64,000 nucleotides of DNA from Gammaproteobacteria bacterium (lineage in GTDB: Bacteria > Pseudomonadota > Gammaproteobacteria > Eutrophobiales > Eutrophobiaceae): assembly GCA_965222155.1 (NCBI GenBank), contig CBDCTH010000012.1, forward strand, positions 2,016,001 to 2,080,000. Direction: 5' to 3'. The notes under the pieces are model-generated. The model did not search any database and was not told the origin of the DNA. It saw only the letters and a program-made list of their open reading frames with translations. This document shows positions 31,542 through 42,213 of the stretch, piece after piece. The translations under genes and the position numbers were made by a program. The stretch's first letter is position 1. Each line of letters starts with the position of its first letter.

Positions 31542-32831
31542 ATGAATAATGATAAAGATAATGCCATCCACGGGAAAATGCCGCTTGTTCAGGGGCTGCC
31601 GCTGGGATTGCAACACACCCTGGCGATATTTGCCGGCACTATCGCCGCACCGCTCATTGTTGCGGAAGCGCTGGATTTAAGCCCGGCAGACAAGACCCTG
31701 ATAATTCAGGCGACTTTATTCATGTCGGGCCTGGGGACTCTGCTGCAGTCGGCCGGCATCGGCCCGGTCGGGGCCAGGTTGCCGTTAGTCCTCGGCACCA
31801 GTTTCGCCTATATCGGTATTGCCATTACCATAGGCGGTCAATTCGGACTGAGCGCAGTTTTCGGCGGCGCATTGGCTGCCGGCCTGTTCCAGGTCTTTGC
31901 CGGACATGTCATCAAATACCTGCGGTTTTTATTTCCCCCGCTCATCACCGGCCTGTGTATATTATTAATCGGCCTCAATCTGTTACCGGTGGCCTTCAGC
32001 CTGGCCTTCGGCGGCGCCGATGCCGTCGATTTCGGCGCGCCAGGTCATTATCTTCTTTCCGGAACCGTTCTCGTCATTGCTGTTTTCATTCATCAATTCG
32101 GCAAGGGGTTCCTGTCCCTGGCCTCGATCATCATCGCCATGGTCTGCGGTTGCCTTATTGCCTGGTTTATGGGGTTTATTGACCTGGACGCGCTGAACCG
32201 GGCCAGCTGGGTATCCACCCCCGTACCGGTCCCGTTCGGTTTGAGTTTCGAGATTTCAGCGATTTTCAGCTTCGTGCTGATTTCAACGGTGGCGATTACC
32301 GAAACCATCGGTGACATCTCCGGTACGACTATCGCGGGGGTGAACCGGGAACCTACGGACAAGGAAATTTCCGGCGGGGTGATGGCTGACGGCTGCGGTT
32401 CGCTGCTGGCGGCTGTGTTCGGCTGCCTGCCGCTAGTCACTTATAGCCAGAACGTCGGGCTGGTTGCCTTGACTGGCATTGTAAACCGTCATGTGGTATC
32501 CCTGGCCGGCATCTTCATGATTATAATCGGCCTGTTTCCGAAACTGTCCGCGCTTATCGGTGCCATGCCGACGGCTGTCCTGGGGGGTGTTTCGATTCTG
32601 ATGTTCGGCTCGGTGGTGGCTGCGGGCCTGAAAATGCTTGAACTGGCCAATTACAACCAGCGCAATATGTTGATTGCCGGTCTGGCCCTGGCCGTCGGGA
32701 TCGGTCTGCCGGAACAGCACGGATTTCTTGAACGTCTCCCGGAGCAACTGCGCATCATCATGGAGACGGGACTGGTCCCTGCAATCCTGTTAGCTATTGT
32801 AATGAACCTGATTTTGCCTGGGCGGGAGTAG
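31542..32831 (+). CDS. NCS2 xanthine/uracil permease
   Basis: LGLQH, ETIGD, YSQNVG signature. Confidence 0.92.
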   Translation: MNNDKDNAIHGKMPLVQGLPLGLQHTLAIFAGTIAAPLIVAEALDLSPADKTLIIQATLFMSGLGTLLQSAGIGPVGARLPLVLGTSFAYIGIAITIGGQFGLSAVFGGALAAGLFQVFAGHVIKYLRFLFPPLITGLCILLIGLNLLPVAFSLAFGGADAVDFGAPGHYLLSGTVLVIAVFIHQFGKGFLSLASIIIAMVCGCLIAWFMGFIDLDALNRASWVSTPVPVPFGLSFEISAIFSFVLISTVAITETIGDISGTTIAGVNREPTDKEISGGVMADGCGSLLAAVFGCLPLVTYSQNVGLVALTGIVNRHVVSLAGIFMIIIGLFPKLSALIGAMPTAVLGGVSILMFGSVVAAGLKMLELANYNQRNMLIAGLALAVGIGLPEQHGFLERLPEQLRIIMETGLVPAILLAIVMNLILPGRE

Positions 32832-32837
32832 TTGGCC

Positions 32838-32937
32838 GCAGGTTTTGGGGGCTGTTGTTCCGTTCCGAGGGCCATCCATGGCCCGTCCCGCGCTCGTCCC
32901 TGGCGCTAGTCACTCCACAACAGCCCCCAAAACCTGC
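32838..32937. mobile_element. GGGTTTTG-family MITE-like element, empty form, inverted relative to 29853
   Basis: TIR GCAGGTTTTGGGGGCTGTTG / CAACAGCCCCCAAAACCTGC. Confidence 0.8.
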
Positions 32938-32969
32938 TACTTACCAATCCCGACTTTCGTTTGAAAATA

Positions 32970-33056
32970 GATATTTGGGGTCAGAGTAAAAATACTTAAT
33001 GACAAAGTACCACCACCTACCAACTCAACTGTATTTTTACTCTGACCCCAAATATC
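32970..33056. repeat. REPIN/MITE-like element, GGGGTCAGAGT family, copy 2
   Basis: 26-bp inverted arms, internal similarity to 5055-5145. Confidence 0.8.
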
Positions 33057-33071
33057 AAATATCCGGTGATA

Positions 33072-36000
33072 CTATGAAGCCAGGTTGTCGAGGAGATCGT
33101 CGAGGCATTGGAAGCGGGCTTGTGCATTGGGGAATTCGTTGTTTATCCTGAGTTTTTCTCCCCCTTCAAGTTTATATAAGTGGGGGTTTGTCTGGAGCAG
33201 GCTTATCAGTTTTGTCATGTCGATATCTGCGTTTTCGTGGAAGTATATTCTTCCGCCCTTCTCGCCCAGGTCTATTTTTCGGATTCCAAGTGGCCGTGTG
33301 CGCTGCTTGATCCCGGCCAGACGAAACAGGTTCTTTGCTGCGTCCGGCAATAAGCCGAAGCGGTCTATACACTCTTCCTGCAGGTCCCATAATGCGGCTT
33401 CCTGCTCTGTTCCGGCTATTCGCTTGTACATTATCAACCTGGCGTGGACGTCGGGCAGGTAGTCTGCCGGTATCAATGCGGGTATGTGCATGTCTATTTC
33501 AGTGCCATGATCCAGGGGCCGGTCCAGGTCCGGCTGGCGCCCGTCTTTCAATGAGGATACCGCCCGCTCCAGCAAACTCATGTATAAACCATACCCGATC
33601 TCCTGGATTTGTCCGCTTTGTTCATCGCCTAAAATTTCTCCCACTCCACGTATTTCCATATCATGGGTAGCCAGGGTAAAACCCATGCCCAGTTCCTCCA
33701 GGGCCTCAATCGCTTCAAACCGTTTTGCCGCACTGGCGCTGATGGCTCTCCGGTCCGGCGTAACCAGGTAGGCATAGGCCCGGTGATGGGATCGCCCGAC
33801 CCGGCCGCGCAGTTGATACAGTTGGGCAAGACCGAATTTGTCTGCCCGGTTAATGATGATGGTGTTGGCGCTGGGCACGTCGATGCCGGTCTCTATGATC
33901 GTCGTACACACCAGCACATTGAACCTGAGGCGGTAAAAGTCCAGCATTACCTGCTCTAGCTGTTTTTCCGGCATCTGTCCGTGCGCTATCCGGAGCTTGG
34001 CCTCCGGCGCCAGCCGGGCGACTTCAGCTGCTGTTTTTTCTATGGTGCTTATCTCATTATGTACAAAATATACCTGTCCTCCCCGCTTGATTTCCCGCAG
34101 CATCGCTTCGCTAAGCCAGGCTTTATCCCATTCCCGGATAAAGATTTTTATCGGCAGCCGTTTTGACGGCGGGGTTGCAATGATGGACAGGGAACGCAAA
34201 TCCGATAATGCCAGGTTGAGCGTGCGCGGTATCGGGGTAGCGGTGAGCGTCAAGACGTCCACATGGGCCCGCATTGACTTCAGTTTTTCCTTCTGCCGCA
34301 CACCGAAGCGGTGCTCCTCATCAATGATGACGAGACCGAGATTGTCGTAGACAATACTGTCCTGCAGCAGTTTATGCGTGCCGATGACGATGTCGACTTT
34401 GCCGGCGAGCAGGTCGTCCACGATCGCAGTCTGGTCTTTTCTGGAGACAAACCTGGACAGCACCTCTATGCGCACGGGCCAATCCGCAAACCGGTCCCTG
34501 AAATTCTGGTAATGCTGTTGGGCCAGCAAGGTGGTAGGCGCCAGCATGACGACCTGTTTATGATTTTCCACCGCGACGAATGCAGCCCGCATAGCCACTT
34601 CCGTCTTGCCGAAACCGGAATCACCGCAAACGAGCCGGTCCATGGGGACGGCTGCGCGCATGTCATCAAGCACCCCGGCGATCGCCTCTGTCTGGCCCGG
34701 GGTCTCCTCAAAAGGGAAATCCTGGGCAAATGCCTGGTAGGTATTATTGTCGATGCTGAACACATGACCATTGAGCGCCGCCCTGCGGGCGTGCAGCTCC
34801 AGCAATTCCGCTGCCACGTCATAAACTCTCGTCAGGGCCTTGCGTTTCGCCTTCTGCCATTGGCCGCTGCCCAGGCGCTGCAACGGTGCGTGTTCCGCAT
34901 CCACACCGACGAACCGGCTGACCTGGTCCAGCGCAGCCACCGGCACGTATAACTTGTCTCCCTGGTCATATTCCAGACAGATAAACTCGGCTTCAATTTC
35001 GTTTACCGTCAGGGTCAGCAAGCCGCGGTAACGGCCCACCCCATGTTCTTCATGGACGACCGGCGCTCCCAGCGACAATTCGGTTAAATTACTGACAATC
35101 GAATCGGTAAGTTGGCGGCGTCTTTTGCGCAGGCGGCGCTGCTGCGCCCGCTCGCCGAACAACTGGGATTCGCTCAATACGACGAGACTGGGTTGTTCCA
35201 GCACGGCCCCCCGTTCCAGCGGCGCTACGGTCAAACCGAAGCGCACCTCCTGCATCATGAACTCATCCCAATCCCTGCACAGGACCGGCCTGGTTTTTTC
35301 ATTACGGAATAATTCCATGATAGTTTCCCGGCGGCCGACCGATTCCGCCACAATCAGCATGCGTCCTGCAAACCCGTCCATGAACCGGTGGAAAACAGCC
35401 AGGGGATCCTGCGCGCGTATATTAACGGGGAGTTTTTTCGGATACCCCGTATTAAAGGTAATCGTTTTGCCCCCCCTGGCATCAATACCGGTGTTGTCGA
35501 TATGAATCTGCGGGTATGCCGCCAGTAAGCCGAACACCTCATCGGTCGGGTAAAATACTTCATCCGGCGACAACAGGGGCCGTTCACCATCGTGCTTTCC
35601 CTGTTCATAACGGGTTTCCGCCATATCCCGGAAATCCAGCGCCGCGTTATACACACCCTCATCCAGCATGACTGTCGGGTTTTCCGGAAAATAATCGACC
35701 AGGCTACCGGTATGCGAATAAAACAATGGCAGGTAGTACTCAATTCCTGCCGGGGCAATTGCGTTGCTGACGTCGGTATAAATCGGGCAACGGCTGGGAT
35801 TTCCGGCAAACCGCAAGCGCCAGTTACTCCGGAACAGCTCTATGGCCGATGCGGTTAAAGGCACTTCCCTGGCAGGCAATATCCTGATTTCCTGCGTTTT
35901 TTCCAGGGACCTCTGGGTTTCGATATCGAAAATCCGGATACTGTCGATTTCATTATCGAACAGATCCAGCCGGAACGGCGCCTCGGAACCCATAGGATAA

Positions 36001-36557
36001 ATATCGAGGATTGAACCTCTTATGGCCACGTCCCCGTGCTCCATAACCTGGGATACGTTACGATAACCATTATTATCCAGTTCCTGCCTGAAGACGTCCG
36101 TCTCCAAAGTCTGTCCGGTACGTAAAAACATGCTGTGCGCCAGAAGATAATCTGCCGGCAGCAGTCGATGCATCAAGGTGGAAACGGGAACGACCAGAAT
36201 GGCCGTGCGAATTTTGCGCAATTCCACCAGTGTCGCCAGTCGGTCGGAAACGATATCCTGGTAAGGGGAAAACTTGTCATATGGCAGGGTCTCCCAGTCC
36301 GGGAACGACAACAACCTGTGCCCGCTGCGGGGGGGATTGAAAAAAGCCAGTTCTTCCATGAGGCGGTGGGCGCCGGACTGGTCCGCAGTGATAACGATAA
36401 ATAGCGCCGCGTTTTTCTTTGCAGCAGACGTGATTGCCAGTGCTTTGCTGCAGCCGGGCAGCCGCTCCCAATTTACCCGCTGTCCTTCAAGCACGGGAAT
36501 TTCAGGATGTAGTGGGCTGGACACAATATTTTCAGCCACAGAGGGCACAGAGATCAC
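33072..36557 (-). CDS. mfd: transcription-repair coupling factor
   Basis: PDWETLPYD, VHEEHGVGRY, CGDSGFGKT, DEEHRFG, QLRGRVGR; true start may be GTG 36524. Confidence 0.97.
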   Translation of the reverse strand: MISVPSVAENIVSSPLHPEIPVLEGQRVNWERLPGCSKALAITSAAKKNAALFIVITADQSGAHRLMEELAFFNPPRSGHRLLSFPDWETLPYDKFSPYQDIVSDRLATLVELRKIRTAILVVPVSTLMHRLLPADYLLAHSMFLRTGQTLETDVFRQELDNNGYRNVSQVMEHGDVAIRGSILDIYPMGSEAPFRLDLFDNEIDSIRIFDIETQRSLEKTQEIRILPAREVPLTASAIELFRSNWRLRFAGNPSRCPIYTDVSNAIAPAGIEYYLPLFYSHTGSLVDYFPENPTVMLDEGVYNAALDFRDMAETRYEQGKHDGERPLLSPDEVFYPTDEVFGLLAAYPQIHIDNTGIDARGGKTITFNTGYPKKLPVNIRAQDPLAVFHRFMDGFAGRMLIVAESVGRRETIMELFRNEKTRPVLCRDWDEFMMQEVRFGLTVAPLERGAVLEQPSLVVLSESQLFGERAQQRRLRKRRRQLTDSIVSNLTELSLGAPVVHEEHGVGRYRGLLTLTVNEIEAEFICLEYDQGDKLYVPVAALDQVSRFVGVDAEHAPLQRLGSGQWQKAKRKALTRVYDVAAELLELHARRAALNGHVFSIDNNTYQAFAQDFPFEETPGQTEAIAGVLDDMRAAVPMDRLVCGDSGFGKTEVAMRAAFVAVENHKQVVMLAPTTLLAQQHYQNFRDRFADWPVRIEVLSRFVSRKDQTAIVDDLLAGKVDIVIGTHKLLQDSIVYDNLGLVIIDEEHRFGVRQKEKLKSMRAHVDVLTLTATPIPRTLNLALSDLRSLSIIATPPSKRLPIKIFIREWDKAWLSEAMLREIKRGGQVYFVHNEISTIEKTAAEVARLAPEAKLRIAHGQMPEKQLEQVMLDFYRLRFNVLVCTTIIETGIDVPSANTIIINRADKFGLAQLYQLRGRVGRSHHRAYAYLVTPDRRAISASAAKRFEAIEALEELGMGFTLATHDMEIRGVGEILGDEQSGQIQEIGYGLYMSLLERAVSSLKDGRQPDLDRPLDHGTEIDMHIPALIPADYLPDVHARLIMYKRIAGTEQEAALWDLQEECIDRFGLLPDAAKNLFRLAGIKQRTRPLGIRKIDLGEKGGRIYFHENADIDMTKLISLLQTNPHLYKLEGGEKLRINNEFPNAQARFQCLDDLLDNLAS

Positions 36558-36612
36558 AGAGTGGGTCGGGAATCATGATTACACAAAGGTATTAAATCCT
36601 TACCTCTGTGGC
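36535..36612. mobile_element. GCCACAGAG-family MITE, copy 3 (partial right end)
   Basis: GCCACAGAGGGCACAGAGATCACAGAG...CCTCTGTGGC. Confidence 0.75.
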
Positions 36613-36627
36613 AAAAAAATCTGTTGC

Positions 36628-36918
36628 TTAATCTTTATCTGTGGAAAGCTGGGTATCGGGTGTAGCGTCTGTCTGATGGGCTTTGAGCTGCCTGTTGAGT
36701 TTTGCTTTGTCACGTTTGAGTTTTAACCATGCCGGCAAACCTGACAATACACCCAGTATTGCACCGCCAAGCAGGGCAACGGCAAGCGCCATCGATAACG
36801 GTATTTCACTGCTTCCGAGATAGTAATCAACTGTCACCTGTTGCCCATTACGAACATGGAACGCCAATCCAATTAAAACAACAAGCAGGATCAGGGCGTA
36901 TTTAATGATGGACATCAA
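36628..36918 (-). CDS. lapA: lipopolysaccharide assembly protein A family
   Basis: Two TM helices, N.Q.V.VDY..G...PL, basic tail; follows ihfB. Confidence 0.8.
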   Translation of the reverse strand: MMSIIKYALILLVVLIGLAFHVRNGQQVTVDYYLGSSEIPLSMALAVALLGGAILGVLSGLPAWLKLKRDKAKLNRQLKAHQTDATPDTQLSTDKD

Positions 36919-37223
36919 TCTGTGCGATCATCAATTACGGTCGAATTCTGATCCACCCGCTCCCGCATTTGCTTTCCGGGTTTGAAATAAGGGACATACT
37001 TGGCCGCCAAAGAAACAGCTTCGCCGGACTTGGGGTTTCGACCGACCCGAGGTGGCCGATAGTGTAGTGAAAAGCTGCCGAATCCCCGAATTTCAATCCT
37101 CTCCCCACTTGCCAGGCTCTGGGCCATAGACTCAAGGATAGTTTTTACTGCCGATTCTATGTCTTTAGATGTAAACTGAGGCTGTCGCCTGCTTAAAGCT
37201 TCAATCAGTTCAGATTTGGTCAT
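36915..37223 (-). CDS. ihfB: integration host factor beta
   Basis: [25 protein letters not shown]; start set at ATG 37223. Confidence 0.96.
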   Translation of the reverse strand: MTKSELIEALSRRQPQFTSKDIESAVKTILESMAQSLASGERIEIRGFGSFSLHYRPPRVGRNPKSGEAVSLAAKYVPYFKPGKQMRERVDQNSTVIDDRTD

Positions 37224-37254
37224 TGCTCCAATCTCGCATTGTTTGTGCGAAGAA

Positions 37255-38937
37255 TCAACCACTATCCCCGCTGTCCAAGTGCTTCTTCAGCAAGTCGCCC
37301 AATTTTGCTCCAGACGAAGAGTCGGGAGTGTACTCCTTGATTGCCGCGGACTCTTCATCCGATTCTTTTGCCTTCACGGAGACGGAAATTGTACGTTTTT
37401 TCCTGTCCACAGCAGTGATTTTGACTTCGACCTCATCATCTTCCTTCAACCCACTGCTTTTAGCATCCCTGGCTTTCTTATCTCCTGACAACTCAGATAT
37501 TTTTAACTGCCCATCAACTCCCTGGGCTAATTCAACTATAATATTCCTGGTTTCGATGGCGCTGATCTTACCGCTAACCACCGCACCCTTGGGATTCTCT
37601 GCCACATAAGCCGTGAACGGATCCCTTTCCAGTTGTTTAATCCCCAGTGAGATGCGTTCTCTCTCGGTATCCACCGCGAGCACGACCGTTTCAATCTGGG
37701 TTCCTTTTTTATAATTTCGAAGTGCGTCCTCACCCTCGTCCACCCAGGATACATCCGATAAATGCACCAACCCATCTATACCGCCGGGCAGCCCGATAAA
37801 GATGCCGAAGTCAGTGATAGACTTGATTTGACCACTAACCCGGTCTCCCTTGTTATGCAGGGCGGCAAACTCTTCCCAGGGATTCGGTTGACATTGTTTC
37901 ATCCCAAGTGAAATCCGCCGGCGTTCCTGGTCGATATCCAATACAATGACGTCAACCTGATCACCCGTCTGCACGAGCTTTGAAGGATGGATATTCTTAT
38001 TCGTCCAATCCATTTCCGACACATGCACCAACCCCTCGACACCTTCTTCCAGCTCGACGAAACAACCGTAATCGGCCAGATTGGTGACTGCGCCGTGCAA
38101 GCGTGAACCTTCCGGAAAGCGTTTGGTTAAATCTCCCCAGGGATCATCCCCCATCTGTTTCAGTCCCAGGGATACCCGGTTGCGTTCACGGTCAAACTTC
38201 AACACCTTGACTTCGATTTCATCACCGATATTGACGATATCGGCAGGGTCTTTTACCCGTTTCCAGGCCATGTCAGTGATATGCAACAGTCCGTCAATAC
38301 CGCCAAGGTCCAGAAACGCGCCATAGTCCGTCAGGTTCTTCACCACACCTGTCACGGTGACTCCTTCCTTGAGTTTATCAATCAGGCTTTGCCGCTCTGC
38401 AATATTTTCACTCTCCACCACAGCCCTGCGGGACACCACCACATTACTTCGTTTCTGGTCGATTTTAATTACCTTGAAATCAAGCGCCTTACCTTCAAGG
38501 TAAACCGTATCCTTGACAGGCCGAACGTCAACAAGCGACCCCGGCAAAAATGCCCTGATACCTTCAACGTCAACGGTAAAACCACCCTTCACCCGCTCCG
38601 TGATCACACCGGTGACGGTCTTATCGGAGTCATGGGCTTGTTCCAGGTTGCTCCATGCCAGCAGCCGTTTAGCTTTCTCCCTCGATAGACGAGTCTCGCC
38701 GTAACCGTCTTCTATCGCGTCCAGAGCCACCTCGACCTGGTCGCCTACTGAAACTTCAAGTTCTCCTTTTTCGTCGAAAAACTGATCGATGGGTATCCAT
38801 GATTCCGATTTCAAACCGGCGCTGACTATAACGTTGTCCTGGTAAACATCAACGACGGTACCGTTTAAAATGGAACCAAGACGCATTTTCGACTCTACTT
38901 GGCTTTGTTCGAATAATTCCGCGAAACTCTCAGTCAT
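37255..38937 (-). CDS. rpsA: 30S ribosomal protein S1
   Basis: [10 protein letters not shown], repeated S1 domains. Confidence 0.99.
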   Translation of the reverse strand: MTESFAELFEQSQVESKMRLGSILNGTVVDVYQDNVIVSAGLKSESWIPIDQFFDEKGELEVSVGDQVEVALDAIEDGYGETRLSREKAKRLLAWSNLEQAHDSDKTVTGVITERVKGGFTVDVEGIRAFLPGSLVDVRPVKDTVYLEGKALDFKVIKIDQKRSNVVVSRRAVVESENIAERQSLIDKLKEGVTVTGVVKNLTDYGAFLDLGGIDGLLHITDMAWKRVKDPADIVNIGDEIEVKVLKFDRERNRVSLGLKQMGDDPWGDLTKRFPEGSRLHGAVTNLADYGCFVELEEGVEGLVHVSEMDWTNKNIHPSKLVQTGDQVDVIVLDIDQERRRISLGMKQCQPNPWEEFAALHNKGDRVSGQIKSITDFGIFIGLPGGIDGLVHLSDVSWVDEGEDALRNYKKGTQIETVVLAVDTERERISLGIKQLERDPFTAYVAENPKGAVVSGKISAIETRNIIVELAQGVDGQLKISELSGDKKARDAKSSGLKEDDEVEVKITAVDRKKRTISVSVKAKESDEESAAIKEYTPDSSSGAKLGDLLKKHLDSGDSG

Positions 38938-38971
38938 CTAGTAAGTTATCTCTTATATTTAATGTATTATG

Positions 38972-39670
38972 TTATGTCTGCATTGTTGACATATCAAAAC
39001 GTTCTCCAATTATCGCCGCCACTTGTGCAAATACATCATCTCTCCCGCTGTCAGAGGTATCAATTACAACAGCGCTATCTGCCGGCTTCAAAGGAGAGAG
39101 AATGCGTTGCTTATCACGCTTGTCCCGTTCAGCGATAGACCCCACGAGTTGCGGGAATCTAACATTAATCCCTTTTGCATTCAACTGTTTATATCGTCTT
39201 TTTGCTCGTTCTTGCGGATTCGCCGTCAAAAATAGCTTTAATTCGGCATCCGGAAATACCACAGTGCCCATATCGCGTCCATCCGCCACCAGACCGGGGG
39301 GGCGCTGAAAATCCCTTTGCCATCCCAATATTGCCTCACGCACTATGCCGTGCGCAGCCAGACTTGATGCCGCGTTACCACAGTCTTCCCGGCGGATCTG
39401 GGGGCCGACGTCATTTCCATTCAGTATGACTTTTACCGGTTCGTCTGCATCGACGGGTATAAATTGAACATCCAGGTCCCGCGCCAGCGCGGCCACCCCT
39501 GCAGCATCGGAAACAGGAATGTTTCCCCGTTGCGCCAACAGAGCCAGGATACGATACAGCGCGCCACTGTCCAGCAGATTCCAGTTCAACCAGCGGCTGA
39601 TACGGCTGCAAAGCGTCCCCTTGCCGGTGCCACTGGGACCATCCACGGTTATGACGGGAGAATCAGCCAT
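38972..39670 (-). CDS. cmk: cytidylate kinase
   Basis: DGPSGTGKGT, DSGALYR, DGRDMGTVVFP. Confidence 0.97.
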   Translation of the reverse strand: MADSPVITVDGPSGTGKGTLCSRISRWLNWNLLDSGALYRILALLAQRGNIPVSDAAGVAALARDLDVQFIPVDADEPVKVILNGNDVGPQIRREDCGNAASSLAAHGIVREAILGWQRDFQRPPGLVADGRDMGTVVFPDAELKLFLTANPQERAKRRYKQLNAKGINVRFPQLVGSIAERDKRDKQRILSPLKPADSAVVIDTSDSGRDDVFAQVAAIIGERFDMSTMQT

Positions 39671-39679
39671 TATTTTTTT

Positions 39680-39809
39680 GCCACAGAGGACACAGAGATC
39701 ACAGGGGGAACCGGGTACTCTTTCAATTCAGGGGTAACCTGCATATTAATCAATTCTTCCGCCCTTATACATACTGTTTTTTCTCCGTGTACTCTGTGCC
39801 CTCTGTGGC
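39680..39809. mobile_element. GCCACAGAG-family MITE, copy 4
   Basis: TIRs and shared internal segment. Confidence 0.8.
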
Positions 39810-39820
39810 TTAAATCAGAA

Positions 39821-41155
39821 TTATCCTGTTTCTTGTACATCCCAGCCTACCTGCCGGGCGCAATCGATAAATCCGGGAAACGAAGTCGCTACATTGTTAC
39901 AGTCCCTGATGGTGATCGGTCCCTGCGCGGCCAGGCCGGCCACGGAGAAGGCCATGGCGATACGGTGGTCACCATAACTGTCCACTACGCCTCCACGGGG
40001 CCGCCCGCCGGTCACACTTAACCCGTCAGGACGGGACTCAACGGTGATGCCTGTTCTATCAAGCCCGTCCGCCAGGGCCTGGATACGGTCGCTCTCTTTC
40101 ACGCGCAATTCGGCTGCGCCCCTGAGTACGGTTTCACCTTTTGCATAACAGGCCGCTACCATGATGGCCGGAAATTCATCAATGGCTATCGGCACCAGGG
40201 CTTCGGGAATTGATATCCCATGCAGGGGCCGGTATTTTACCCGCAGGTCCGCCAATGGCTCAGCCACTCCGTCAACCACGTTGGTGACGCTGATGTCTGC
40301 TCCCATCATATTGAGAATTTCCACTACCGCCTGCCGGGTGGGATTGATCCCGACGCCTTCGATGACCAGGTCCGAACCGGGGACGATACAGCCCGCGACC
40401 AGAAAAAAAGCGGCGGATGAAATATCACCGGGAATACGCAGCCGGTTTGCCTGCAATACCCCGCTTTCAATCGTTAACCGATTACCCGAGCGCGTGACCG
40501 GGCAGCCGAAATGCCTCAGCAGTCTTTCCGTATGATCACGGGTCGGCGCCGGTTCGATAATTACGGTTTTACCCTCGGCGTACAACCCTGCCAGCAACAA
40601 TGCAGATTTCAACTGGGCGCTGGCAACGGGCAGTTCATACTCAATGCCGCACAAGCGCCTGTTGCCCGGTACGCGCACGGGCAGGGTTCCCTCGGGACTG
40701 GTGCGCACATCGGCGTTCATCATGTTGAGCGGGTCAGCCACGCGCCGCATCGGCCGGCGCAGCAGTGACTCATCACCTGATAACGTGGAAGCAAACCATT
40801 GGCCGGCCAGGACACCCAGCAACAAACGCGCCGACGTGCCGGAATTACCCAGGTCCAGAATACCGGGCGGCGCCGACAAACCGTGCAGCCCTGCCCCGTT
40901 GATGGACAGGAACTCATCTTTCTGCGTGATGCGCACCCCCATCTGCCGCAAGGCGGCCATGGTTGCGCGAGTATCTGCACTGTCCAGGAAACCGCTGCAA
41001 TCACTGACTCCTTCAGCCAGCGACGCCAGTATCACCGCCCTGTGTGAGATGGATTTATCCCCGGGGACGCGTATCCTGCCCTGTAGCGCCCCACTCACGG
41101 GTTCAACAAGGTAATCGATCCCCGGTTGCACCCCAACACTGCTTTTTCTCATCAT
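39821..41155 (-). CDS. aroA: EPSP synthase
   Basis: PGDKSISHRA, GNSGT, SAQLKS, RVKESDR, DHRIAM. Confidence 0.97.
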   Translation of the reverse strand: MMRKSSVGVQPGIDYLVEPVSGALQGRIRVPGDKSISHRAVILASLAEGVSDCSGFLDSADTRATMAALRQMGVRITQKDEFLSINGAGLHGLSAPPGILDLGNSGTSARLLLGVLAGQWFASTLSGDESLLRRPMRRVADPLNMMNADVRTSPEGTLPVRVPGNRRLCGIEYELPVASAQLKSALLLAGLYAEGKTVIIEPAPTRDHTERLLRHFGCPVTRSGNRLTIESGVLQANRLRIPGDISSAAFFLVAGCIVPGSDLVIEGVGINPTRQAVVEILNMMGADISVTNVVDGVAEPLADLRVKYRPLHGISIPEALVPIAIDEFPAIMVAACYAKGETVLRGAAELRVKESDRIQALADGLDRTGITVESRPDGLSVTGGRPRGGVVDSYGDHRIAMAFSVAGLAAQGPITIRDCNNVATSFPGFIDCARQVGWDVQETG

Positions 41156-41198
41156 GGAAACCTGGCTATCGACAAGCGGACGGGTGCAATAATTTGGG

Positions 41199-42071
41199 CT
41201 AACGTCCTTTAGCTTCAGTAAACTTATCCCTGGCCTGCCTGGCCCGGGAAAATATTTCCATCAAGCGCTCGCCATCACCCCCGGCAATCGCCTGTCTCAC
41301 TCCGTGCAGGTGCTGCTCAAACCTGTCTAAAACGGCCAGTAACGCCGTCTCGTTAGCCAGGCAGATGTCGCGCCACATCTCCGGGCTGCTGGAGGCTACC
41401 CGGGTAAAGTCGGCGAAACCACCGGCTGCGTAGGCAAAAATCTCCTCCTTGTCCTGCATACGCGCCAGACAATCAATCAGAGTATAAACCAGTACATGGG
41501 GCAGGTGACTGGTTGCCGCCAATACCTCATCATGGTGCCCGACCTCCAGGTCGACAACGGTGGCGCCCACCCCTCGCCACATTGCGGCAATCGTCTCCCT
41601 GGCGCCGGCGTCCGTCTCCGCAAGTGGCGTAAGGATCACAATATGTTTTTCAAACAACTCGGCAAAAGATGCCTCAACACCGCTTTTCTCCGTACCGGCA
41701 ATGGGATGCGCCGGAACAAAATACGGGAGCCGGTCAGCAAGGACTTTTCTCGCCGTCTCCACCACTATACCCTTGGCGCTGCCGACGTCGGTAATAATGC
41801 ATTCCTGCTTCAATCCATCCGACATTTCGCGCAATAAGGTCTCGGTAGTGGCAAGTGGCGTAGCCAGGACAACTACGTCAGCCCCGCTGACTGCCTCCCG
41901 GGCGTCGAGGCTGTAATGGTCGATGACTCCGAGTTCAACGGCTTGTTGCAGGGCTGCCTCGCGCCGGCCATAACCGGTAATCGTCTTGCACAGGGAAGTA
42001 CGCTTCAGGGCGCGCGCCAGCGAACCCCCAATCAGGCCGAGTCCGATGATGGTGATCTTGTCAAACAGCAT
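41199..42071 (-). CDS. tyrA: prephenate/arogenate dehydrogenase
   Basis: GLGLIGGS, DVGSAK, HPIAGTE, SHLPH; start set at ATG 42071 because the upstream extension is MITE-derived. Confidence 0.93.
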   Translation of the reverse strand: MLFDKITIIGLGLIGGSLARALKRTSLCKTITGYGRREAALQQAVELGVIDHYSLDAREAVSGADVVVLATPLATTETLLREMSDGLKQECIITDVGSAKGIVVETARKVLADRLPYFVPAHPIAGTEKSGVEASFAELFEKHIVILTPLAETDAGARETIAAMWRGVGATVVDLEVGHHDEVLAATSHLPHVLVYTLIDCLARMQDKEEIFAYAAGGFADFTRVASSSPEMWRDICLANETALLAVLDRFEQHLHGVRQAIAGGDGERLMEIFSRARQARDKFTEAKGR

Positions 42072-42078
42072 GTTTTTA

Positions 42079-42213
42079 GCCACAGAGGACACAGCGATCA
42101 CAGAGAAAGAAAAAACAGTATGAATAACGTAACAGGTGAATCGCTGAACATGCAGGCTACCCAGGTATAAAAAGTGACTCGAATCACTCTGTAATCTCTG
42201 TGTCCTCTGTGGC
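42079..42213. mobile_element. GCCACAGAG-family MITE, copy 5, overlapping hisC 3' end
   Basis: TIRs; supplies ATEDTEITE-stop of HisC. Confidence 0.85.

Noticed and set aside
42072-42101. TyrA N-terminal extension MIAVSSVAKN (likewise Mfd MISVPSVAEN)
   Set aside because: Derived from the MITE TIR; downstream starts fit the families better
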